A stretch of 37,442 nt of DNA. Origin: Entomomonas sp. GTDB taxonomy: Bacteria > Pseudomonadota > Gammaproteobacteria > Pseudomonadales > Pseudomonadaceae. Position 1 is the stretch's first letter; every line of letters begins with the position of its first letter. The translations under genes were made by a program, and so were the position numbers. The stretch lies in assembly GCA_040391985.1 (NCBI GenBank), contig JBEBWU010000001.1, positions 1-37,442 of the forward strand. Reading direction: 5' to 3'. Below, one piece after another: positions 16,277 through 24,326 of the stretch. The notes beneath the pieces were generated by a model, which worked only from the letters and a program-made list of their open reading frames with translations, ran no database searches and had not been told where the DNA came from.

Positions 16277-17138
16277 TTTATTACCTTTCTTAATGAATGA
16301 AGCCGACGAACATGGCGGTGATGGTGGCGGTGGCAATCCACCACCAGTAGTCGAAACAACTAGATCAATCCTAGAGGGTGGTGGAGTAGATAGCAGCACA
16401 GACGCACCACCAGCTGATAAGGCAGATAGTAAACCTGTTGATGATGAAGAACAGGGTAACTATGGTTTTATGCCTGATAAATTCAAAGTACTTGATGCTG
16501 ATGGTGAGATCAATTTAGAGCTATCAGCTAAGAAAATGGCCGATAGCTATGCTGGCTTATCTAAACGTTTAGGTACTGGTGACGTTCCACCTAAGTCAAT
16601 TGATGAATACGATGTAAAAATTGAATCTGATTTTTTACAGTTTGACGAATTTAAAAAAGACGTAGAGAACAAGGCATTTTTAGAAAGAGCCAAAGAACAT
16701 GGTCTAACTTCTTCACAGCTGCAATTTGTATTAGGTGAATATGCGCGTGTATTGCCAGAATCATTTAAGAAATATGAGGGCCTAACAGTTGAACAGGCAA
16801 GGGAAGAACTAAGCCAATCATGGCAAAATGAAGATGAATACAAAGCCAACTTAAAAGATGCCTTTACTGCTTTCAACAAATACGCAGCACCAGAAGATAA
16901 GGAACGCATGGGTGAGATAGGTAACAACCCAGTTGTCATTAGAATGCTGGCTAATATGGGGAAAAACCTTAGAGAAGATGCACCACCTGTTAAAGCAGTA
17001 GTATCACGTGATGATATACAGCAATTAATGCGTAGTGAATCATATAGCAACCCTAATCATCCAGACTACAAAGCCACACATCGCAAAGTTAAGGCTTACT
17101 ATCAACAAGCTTACGGCAATACTCCCGTTATTAGTTAA
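16269..17138 (+). CDS. Capsid scaffolding protein
   Basis: Acidic protein between portal and capsid with HGLTSSQ, IGNNPVVIRML and YSNPNHPDY. Likely start at 16269 (the ORF track extends to 16146). Confidence 0.82.
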   Translation: MINLLPFLMNEADEHGGDGGGGNPPPVVETTRSILEGGGVDSSTDAPPADKADSKPVDDEEQGNYGFMPDKFKVLDADGEINLELSAKKMADSYAGLSKRLGTGDVPPKSIDEYDVKIESDFLQFDEFKKDVENKAFLERAKEHGLTSSQLQFVLGEYARVLPESFKKYEGLTVEQAREELSQSWQNEDEYKANLKDAFTAFNKYAAPEDKERMGEIGNNPVVIRMLANMGKNLREDAPPVKAVVSRDDIQQLMRSESYSNPNHPDYKATHRKVKAYYQQAYGNTPVIS

Positions 17139-17160
17139 GTGATCAAGTACAACAGATAAA

Positions 17161-17219
17161 ACACAATATATAGTATTTATTATTCATGGTACCTAGAAAT
17201 TAAACACAATATATAGTGT
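17161..17219. promoter_or_regulatory. Tandem NrdR-box-like sites
   Basis: ACACAATATATAGTAT (17161-17176) and ACACAATATATAGTGT (17204-17219), 43 bp apart; match the NrdR consensus acaCwAtATaTwGtgt. Confidence 0.75.
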
Positions 17220-17225
17220 GATCAG

Positions 17226-17251
17226 AAACCGCCAACTAAGGCGGTTTTTTT
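17226..17251 (+). terminator. Intrinsic terminator between scaffold and capsid genes
   Basis: AAACCGCC-AACTAA-GGCGGTTT followed by a T run. Confidence 0.88.
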
Positions 17252-17266
17252 ATGGCTATAACCGAA

Positions 17267-17300
17267 TGTCGGGAAGTCGGAAGAATAAACATGTTAAAAC
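17267..17300 (+). promoter_or_regulatory. Putative late promoter 2 (capsid)
   Basis: TGTCGGGAAGTCGGAA, with TAAAAC 28 nt after the motif start, just past the terminator. Confidence 0.65.
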
Positions 17301-17443
17301 ACTACAAACAGCCCCGTTTATTGGCGCATGGGATAACTGGTCTAGCCCGTCAACCACAGCCCGAAAGGTTGATGATCTAGCGGCCTGTAGTACAGATAAC
17401 CGCAAAAGCAAGGGTAATTTATTGTTTTTAAAGGTTATTTATT

Positions 17444-18346
17444 ATGTCACAAGATTTCGCTACTAATGAAGCTACGCTAACCGCTGCCTTTGTGCAGCAA
17501 TTCCATGACACTTATGACCTCGCAGCACAACAAAATGAATCGCGTTTAGTTGCTGCTGTTGAAAGTCGAGGCGATGTAGAGGGGGCATCATTTACTATTA
17601 ATGATATGGCTGCTGTTGAAATGGAAAAAACTACCTCACGTTTCCAAGATACTAAGTGGAGTTTGCCAGAAGTAGGTACACGTATCGCTTTTATGGAAGA
17701 TTTTGATTTACATATTCCTATTGAGCCACGTGATCTCTACAAGTTAAAAGCAGAGCCACAAAATGCTTACATTAAGCAAATGATTTCAGCTAATAATCGT
17801 TGTAAAGACCGCATTGTTTACCGCGCTTTAATAGATGCAGTCATGCGTAAAACAGAGAACAACGCAACACCTGCGCCTGTTTCTTTACCTGCAAGCCAAA
17901 TTATTTTAGATGGTGGTGCAAATATCACTAAAGCCAAGCTAACTAAAGCTAAAGCACTTTTCCGTAAAAATGAGTGTGACGAAAAAAATGGCGAACAGCT
18001 ATTTATTGCTTATAACGCGGACATGTTAGAAACCATTTTGAACGATACCACTTTAACCAGTGCTGACTTCTTAAAGGTGGAAATGCTACAAGATGGTGCG
18101 GTAGCTACTAACTGGTTAGGCTTCACATGGATTCCATACGAAGCATTGGATTTAGATACTGATGTTTATACTACGGTGGCATGGTGTAAATCTGCCGCAC
18201 ACTTTGGCACTGGTATTGCTGGAAATTCTGTAGATATTGGTAAACGTCGTGATAAAAACAACACGATTCAAATTTCTTTATCTTCTGCATACGGTGGTGG
18301 CCGTGCTAATGAGCAGAAAGTAGTTGGTGTTAAATTCAAGGTTTAA
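17444..18346 (+). CDS. Major capsid protein
   Basis: TAAFVQQFHD..LAAQQNESRL, LNDTTLTSADF, NWLGFTWIPYE; 300 aa, after the scaffold, followed by a terminator. Confidence 0.9.
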   Translation: MSQDFATNEATLTAAFVQQFHDTYDLAAQQNESRLVAAVESRGDVEGASFTINDMAAVEMEKTTSRFQDTKWSLPEVGTRIAFMEDFDLHIPIEPRDLYKLKAEPQNAYIKQMISANNRCKDRIVYRALIDAVMRKTENNATPAPVSLPASQIILDGGANITKAKLTKAKALFRKNECDEKNGEQLFIAYNADMLETILNDTTLTSADFLKVEMLQDGAVATNWLGFTWIPYEALDLDTDVYTTVAWCKSAAHFGTGIAGNSVDIGKRRDKNNTIQISLSSAYGGGRANEQKVVGVKFKV

Positions 18347-18361
18347 CCGCCTTATAACAAC

Positions 18362-18386
18362 AGGGCGGTTTAGGCCGCCCTTTTTT
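18362..18386 (+). terminator. Intrinsic terminator after capsid gene
   Basis: AGGGCGGT-TTAG-GCCGCCCT followed by TTTTT. Confidence 0.88.
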
Positions 18387-18397
18387 GAGGGTTCACT

Positions 18398-18973
18398 ATG
18401 CAAACGTCTACATCTGATGTTTCTATATGTTCAAATGCTCTTTTAGAGCTTGGCGCGCAAGTTATCAGTAGCTTTGATGAAAATACAGATAGAGCGCGAT
18501 TAGTATCTAACTTATACCCAAGTACACGCGATGAAGTATTAAGGCAACACTTGTGGAAATGTGCCACTAAAAGAGAATTAATAGCACCTGATGCTGTTAA
18601 GCCTGTTTTCGGTTATGCCAATGCTTTCACATTACCAGCTGACTTTATAAGGGTAGTAACAATAAATGATTGTGAACGCCCTGATTACGTGATTGAAAAC
18701 GGTAAGATTTTAATTAATGCCAATCAAATTCAATTAGTCTATGTGTTTAAAAACTACAACGCCTCCACCTATGACGCGGATTTAATCAAATTATTAAAAC
18801 TATCCATTAAATCACGTATTGCTTATGCAATTACTCAATCAACCACATTGGCCCAAGCAGCAAAAGACGAATATGAGTTTGAGTTAAAACGTGCTAAGTC
18901 GGTTGATTCCCAAGAAACACCGCCTAATCGTTTTGGCGAATCTCCACTATTAGAGGATAGAATGCGTGGCTAA
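18398..18973 (+). CDS. Tail tubular protein A / adaptor (T7 gp11-like)
   Basis: SDVSICSNALLELGAQVISSFDE, H.WKCATKR, FTLPADFIR. Confidence 0.87.
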   Translation: MQTSTSDVSICSNALLELGAQVISSFDENTDRARLVSNLYPSTRDEVLRQHLWKCATKRELIAPDAVKPVFGYANAFTLPADFIRVVTINDCERPDYVIENGKILINANQIQLVYVFKNYNASTYDADLIKLLKLSIKSRIAYAITQSTTLAQAAKDEYEFELKRAKSVDSQETPPNRFGESPLLEDRMRG

Positions 18974-21167
18974 GGTCTCATTGATTCAAACGAATTTCAC
19001 CGCTGGCGAATTATCGCCTTTAATGAAAGGTCGTGTAGATATATCACGCTACCACAATGGCGCACAGCGTATAGAAAACGCCTTGATTGCTGTACAGGGT
19101 GGACTTATGCGTACATGGGGAACAAAATTTATTGCCCATGCTAAATACGATGATAAAAAGAGTCGTTTAATCCCTTACGTGTTTAACCGTGAACAAGCCT
19201 ATATTGTAGAGTTTGGTGATAAGTATTGTCGTATTTATAAAGATGGTCAGTATCAAGCAGAGATTGAAAGCCCTTACACAGAAGAAATGTTATTTAAATT
19301 AAATTATGTGCAGGGTGCTGATACGATGTTTTTAGCGCATATGAGCGTACCTGTTCATCGTTTAAGACGGGTTAGCGATACCGAATGGACGCTATCAAAA
19401 GCACCTTTTATCGTTGAGCCTTACGATGAAGTTGGCGAGTACCCCGACTTTACTATAAACCTGACTGAATATGAAGCAGGTAAAGAGGCAACAGCAACAG
19501 TTTACAAAGGTGATGACATATCAACCTTAGGCAGTTTTTGGTTAGATGCTGATGTTGGTAGAACAATAACCAGCGGAACAGGTATTGCGGAAATAACAGC
19601 GGTTACAAGTGCCTCCGTTGCTAAAGTAAAAATCATAACATCATTTAAAGAATACTGGATATGGAATGGTAACTGGCATTTAGAGGGTTCACCACTTACC
19701 ACTATTAAACCTACCAATGGAGCAGAGGGAACAGCAACAGAAGGAGACATAACGGTTGGCGATGAAGTTACTTTGACGTTGACCAATAACGGTTGGCGTG
19801 CAACTGATGTAGGTAAGTATGTAAAGATTTACAAGGGCCTTTATCAAATAACAACTGTATCCAGTGCTAAAGCAGTTAAAGCGCAATGTATCACTGCACC
19901 AGAAACCAAAGCGTCCGCTATTGCGTGGGGTTGGTCGCTTATGTCTAGCGTTTGGAATGAAAGGTTTGGCTATCCTAGTGCTATTACACTATGCGAGCAA
20001 AGGCTTTTTTGTGGTGGAACAGCAAACAATCCACAAACAATATGGATGAGTAAGGTCGGTGAATATTTAAACTTTCAGATTTCAACAGAAAACGCCGACG
20101 CTGGTAGTTTTACCATGTCATCAGATCAAATTAACCCCGTTGTGCATTTAACACAAGCCACAGTTCCCATTATATTGACCTATGGGGGCGAGTTCTCATT
20201 AGTAAGTGCAGCGACACAAGCGGCCATTACACCAGAAAGTACAGGCATTAGAAACCACTCGACTTATGGGTGTAACAGCGTTAGACCTGTTCGCATTGGT
20301 ACAGAAGTATTTTACATGCAACGGGCAGGTACGAAACTGTTAGCAATGGGATTCAGTGCCGCCGATGATTCTTTTCTATCACAAAACGTTACGGTTTTAT
20401 CTGAACATATTACTAAAACGGGTATAGTCGATATGGCTTATCAGCAAGAGCCTTACTCTATTTTATGGCTAGTTCGTGCTGATGGTCAGATTGCCACCAT
20501 GACCATCGACAAAGATCAGGAAGTAATAGGCTGGTCAAGACAGATCACAGATGGTTATTTTGAATCAGTGGCTACTATTCCAAGTGATGACGGTTCAATT
20601 GACGAAATGTGGTGTGTAGTACGTCGTGAAGTAAATGGTAATACAGTCCGTTATATTGAGCAGTTTAATCGTGATATTTACAGCCATTCAGCTAAAAGTT
20701 ATGAGCATCAAACGGCTATTGATACCTATAACGAATTAGAGCATTTAGAGGGTAAAGAGGTAGCCGTCTTAGCCGATGGTGTACCGCTGCAATCACGCAC
20801 TGTTAAAAATGGCAGTATTACCTTAGAGCGTAAAGCTAACAGTGTAGTTATTGGCCTACCTTACAAGACCCTAGTCGAAACCTTAGATATTGAAATACAG
20901 GGCGCAGTAGGTACAGCACAAGGAAACCAGAAGCGAATAGGCGAAACAGTGTTACGTCTTTTTGAAACCACAGGCTGCAAAGTAAACGGTGATGATACGG
21001 CTTTCCGTCAGGCTGGTATAGGCATACTAGATAAGCCACCTGTTAAGTTTACAGGCGATAAACGAACGGAGAATCTAGGCTGGAATAACACCATAACCAT
21101 CGAACAAGATCAGCCTTTACCTTTTACCCTATTAGCCGTTATTAGAAAGGTAACTGTCAATGATTAG
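18966..21167 (+). CDS. Tail tubular protein B / nozzle (T7 gp12-like)
   Basis: QTNFTAGELSP.MKGRVD, GYPS...EQRL, AYQQEPYSILW, IEQDQPLPFTLLA; 733 aa. Confidence 0.9.
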   Translation: MAKVSLIQTNFTAGELSPLMKGRVDISRYHNGAQRIENALIAVQGGLMRTWGTKFIAHAKYDDKKSRLIPYVFNREQAYIVEFGDKYCRIYKDGQYQAEIESPYTEEMLFKLNYVQGADTMFLAHMSVPVHRLRRVSDTEWTLSKAPFIVEPYDEVGEYPDFTINLTEYEAGKEATATVYKGDDISTLGSFWLDADVGRTITSGTGIAEITAVTSASVAKVKIITSFKEYWIWNGNWHLEGSPLTTIKPTNGAEGTATEGDITVGDEVTLTLTNNGWRATDVGKYVKIYKGLYQITTVSSAKAVKAQCITAPETKASAIAWGWSLMSSVWNERFGYPSAITLCEQRLFCGGTANNPQTIWMSKVGEYLNFQISTENADAGSFTMSSDQINPVVHLTQATVPIILTYGGEFSLVSAATQAAITPESTGIRNHSTYGCNSVRPVRIGTEVFYMQRAGTKLLAMGFSAADDSFLSQNVTVLSEHITKTGIVDMAYQQEPYSILWLVRADGQIATMTIDKDQEVIGWSRQITDGYFESVATIPSDDGSIDEMWCVVRREVNGNTVRYIEQFNRDIYSHSAKSYEHQTAIDTYNELEHLEGKEVAVLADGVPLQSRTVKNGSITLERKANSVVIGLPYKTLVETLDIEIQGAVGTAQGNQKRIGETVLRLFETTGCKVNGDDTAFRQAGIGILDKPPVKFTGDKRTENLGWNNTITIEQDQPLPFTLLAVIRKVTVND

Positions 21168-21627
21168 CGTAAGAGAAGCCAAACAACAAGATATAAACCA
21201 GCTGGTTTTATTGTGTGAAGCATTGCACAGAGAAAGCGACGTATACCAGTTACAGCCATTTCTTGCCGACCAACTAGCGGTCAAGATAGCGCACGGCATG
21301 AGTTTTCAGCATAACCTTGTACTGATAGCAGAAGATGACAGTGGTGTGATTGGCTACTTTATGGGTGGTATAACAGAGGGATTTATTAACCATCAGCGCA
21401 CAGCATTCGATTATTCCGTTTATGTACTTCCTAATAAACGTAACGGCAGGGTAGCCATTAAATTATTTAAAGCCTTTGAAGCATGGGCCATAGATAACAA
21501 CGCTAGTTATTTTAGAGTAGGGATAACTACCGATATTCACACCGAAAAAACAAGCAAATTCTATCAGTGTCTAGGCTTTAAACAAGCAGGTGTTTCATTT
21601 GAAAAGGTGTTAAAAAATGGGCGTTGA
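21160..21627 (+). CDS. GNAT-family acetyltransferase (T7 gp13 position)
   Basis: VREA...YVLPNKRNGRVAIKL..AFEAWA...FYQCLGF. Confidence 0.85.
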   Translation: MISVREAKQQDINQLVLLCEALHRESDVYQLQPFLADQLAVKIAHGMSFQHNLVLIAEDDSGVIGYFMGGITEGFINHQRTAFDYSVYVLPNKRNGRVAIKLFKAFEAWAIDNNASYFRVGITTDIHTEKTSKFYQCLGFKQAGVSFEKVLKNGR

Positions 21628-22153
21628 AACGGCTTTATTAGTGGGTAGTGCTGGCTTACAAACTTTTGGCGGTCTACAGTCAGCGAAAAGTGCTAAAGCA
21701 TGGGGTAACTACCAAAACAAACAAGCTCAAGCCGATGCTTATGCGCGCATTGGTGAATCTAATGTTGAAGCTCAACAAATTAGAAACAGAGCAGCACAAG
21801 AACGTAGTAGTGCAGTGGCGGCCACCGCTGCCAATGGTGTTGTCGTCGGTGAGGGAACAGCGGCAGAAATTGAAAGAACCATCACCAGTCGAGGCGAATA
21901 TGATGCACAGGTCGAGTTAGCTAATGGCCGTGATGCAGCTAATCGTATTCTAGCAGAGGGTGAAGCTGCCAAGTTAAGAGGTAAACAAGAGGCAAAAGCG
22001 GCCTATATTAGTACCGCTGGCTCACTGTTAAGCACGGCCTATATGGGTAGTAAGTGGTCTAGTTCTTCCAATAGCGCGCCCGTTGTTGATAGATCAACGC
22101 AAGCAGGGCCTAGATCAAGTGTTATTAAAAATAAACCGTTTGGTTTTTATTAG
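21617..22153 (+). CDS. Internal virion / ejection protein (T7 gp14-like)
   Basis: Ala/Gly/Gln-rich with AANGVVVGEGTA; first of three ejection genes. Confidence 0.78.
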   Translation: MGVETALLVGSAGLQTFGGLQSAKSAKAWGNYQNKQAQADAYARIGESNVEAQQIRNRAAQERSSAVAATAANGVVVGEGTAAEIERTITSRGEYDAQVELANGRDAANRILAEGEAAKLRGKQEAKAAYISTAGSLLSTAYMGSKWSSSSNSAPVVDRSTQAGPRSSVIKNKPFGFY

Positions 22154-22166
22154 TAGGTGGTAACAA

Positions 22167-24326
22167 ATGCCAATAGTACCCAAAGGTGACAATCTTGGAA
22201 ATGCGAGATTACAAGCAGGTCGTACCAATATAAGAGGTGGTAATGACCCCGTAGCCGAAGCCGTTTCAGGTTTAGGTCGTGAAGCGGCTGGTATTGCTTT
22301 TGATATAAACCGCGAAAATCAGAACGCTAACCGTGTCAATATGAGCAATGGTTTTTTACAAAGGCAAAAACAGATTGATAGCGCGCGTAACGATTTAGAA
22401 CAACGCCTTAAAATGGGTGATACCGACCCTGATAATGCAATAGAAGATTACCGTAAAACTATCCTAGCTTTACCTAAACCACAAGTTAGCGGTTTATCAG
22501 GTGTTCAGCAACAAGAGTATGACCATCAGCTTAATGTAATTGATTACACGGGTGAAAAGCAGGTTGTAGGCTTACAAAAAACAGCGGTGACGTATAAAGC
22601 ACAAAACGCCCTAGAAGATACTTTTAATCTAAACCAAGAGGAATTACTAGACCCTAACAGTAACTTTCAAGTGGTGCGTAGTGCATGGGATAGTGACGCT
22701 GTTACCAAAACAGGTCGTGAAGCCTATGGTGAAAAATGGGGCAAGGTTAAGCAACAGTATTTAACCCAACTTAGCCAAAACTATTTACAAAACAGAATTA
22801 ACTACGCCACAGATCAAGAGAATGGCTACCAGCTGCAACAACTTAAAAATGATCTGCTAGATGATAAAAAATACACAGACCTAGACGCATTAAAACGTAG
22901 GCAATTAATCAACCAGATAGACCCCGTACTAGATCGTACCATTGGCATAAATTACGGCAGATCACTGTCAACTAACCTAACAGACCTAACCGCTTTAACG
23001 GGTAACTATGAAGCGGCCAACGTATTTAACGCCATGATACAAAGGGAAAGCGCAGGCAAACAGTTTGATGCTAATGGTCAGCCACTAACGTCAAGTGCTG
23101 GCGCAATTGGTAAGGCCCAAGTGATGCCTGAAACTGCTAAAGCAATGGCTAAAGAACTAGGTATAGCCTTTGATGAAGATCGTTATAAAAATGATGCTGA
23201 ATACAATGTCATGCTTGGTCAAGCCTACTTTACTAAAAACCTTAAAAAATACGGTAGTCCACTAATGGCAGCAGCTGCTTACAATGCAGGTGATGGAGCC
23301 GTTGACAAATGGATTAAACAGTTTGGCGACCCACGTAAGGGAGAGATCAGCGAGGGCGAATTTTTAGCCAAGATACCCTACAAAGAAACACGGGAATATG
23401 TGCAAAATGTAGCTGGTCGTGTTAATCGTGGCCGTAAAACTAAAATAGATAAATCCAGTGCATTAGCGATAATTGATAACAGCGATAACCTAAGCTATGA
23501 ACAAAAGCAATACGCCCGTTCTGAATTGTCTAAAAACATTGCTATTCAAGAACAACAGGCGCAAGCACAATATACCGCATTACGTAATAGTGTTTGGGAA
23601 GATGTGTATTTAAATGGTGTGGCAGTAGACCAGATCGACCCACAACGCTATGCAGCTTTAACCGTAGATGATCGTATTAAATTAAAAAAAGAAGCTGTTA
23701 GAGAGCTAGATTTACCTGTATGGAAAGAGGCCAGAGGCAGAGTTAAAGCAGGTGAGAGCTTTGATATTCTTAACGAATACAGTGCTAAATTACCGCCTAA
23801 CAACTTAAAAACATTGCTTGATATGCAGCAAGACCTCGCCAACAGTGCTGATGGTGCAGCTGGTCGAGCCAGATCAGAAGCCTTTAAAATATTCTCTTTA
23901 GATATTCAAGAGCAAGGCATTAAGAACAAAGGCGAGTTAGCTAAAATATGGGATGATGTTTATAGCGAGTTAGACGACTTTGAACAGAAAAATAAACGTA
24001 AAGCTACCCGTCAAGAAATATTAAATATTACCCGTAGGCAATTCCTAGATGTACAGCTGGATAACGGTAAAACTGAAACCTATCGAAAACTAACGGATGA
24101 CCAACGCAACAGAATAACAGGCTTTGATGTGTTTGGCCGTACTACTGGCGAAAGACAGGCCGCTGCTAGTTACTTTGGATTAACTGCCAGTAATGACCAA
24201 GTTAAAAGCGTTAAGGATATACCACCAGCTGATAAGCGAGAAATTGAAACCGTCCTTAAATCCTTAAACGTTCCTATCACTGACGACACGATTTTAAAAT
24301 ATTATTACGATGGGCTTAATCAATGA
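22167..24326 (+). CDS. Internal virion protein with a lytic transglycosylase (SLT) domain
   Basis: MIQRES (catalytic Glu), GAIGKAQVMPETA, AAAYNAGDG, IPYKETREYV at about 23030-23410. Confidence 0.9.
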   Translation: MPIVPKGDNLGNARLQAGRTNIRGGNDPVAEAVSGLGREAAGIAFDINRENQNANRVNMSNGFLQRQKQIDSARNDLEQRLKMGDTDPDNAIEDYRKTILALPKPQVSGLSGVQQQEYDHQLNVIDYTGEKQVVGLQKTAVTYKAQNALEDTFNLNQEELLDPNSNFQVVRSAWDSDAVTKTGREAYGEKWGKVKQQYLTQLSQNYLQNRINYATDQENGYQLQQLKNDLLDDKKYTDLDALKRRQLINQIDPVLDRTIGINYGRSLSTNLTDLTALTGNYEAANVFNAMIQRESAGKQFDANGQPLTSSAGAIGKAQVMPETAKAMAKELGIAFDEDRYKNDAEYNVMLGQAYFTKNLKKYGSPLMAAAAYNAGDGAVDKWIKQFGDPRKGEISEGEFLAKIPYKETREYVQNVAGRVNRGRKTKIDKSSALAIIDNSDNLSYEQKQYARSELSKNIAIQEQQAQAQYTALRNSVWEDVYLNGVAVDQIDPQRYAALTVDDRIKLKKEAVRELDLPVWKEARGRVKAGESFDILNEYSAKLPPNNLKTLLDMQQDLANSADGAAGRARSEAFKIFSLDIQEQGIKNKGELAKIWDDVYSELDDFEQKNKRKATRQEILNITRRQFLDVQLDNGKTETYRKLTDDQRNRITGFDVFGRTTGERQAAASYFGLTASNDQVKSVKDIPPADKREIETVLKSLNVPITDDTILKYYYDGLNQ

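Noticed and set aside
17218-17466. 82-aa ORF upstream of capsid
   Set aside because: It runs through a strong terminator, the promoter motif and the structured leader, and lacks an RBS; better explained as non-coding.
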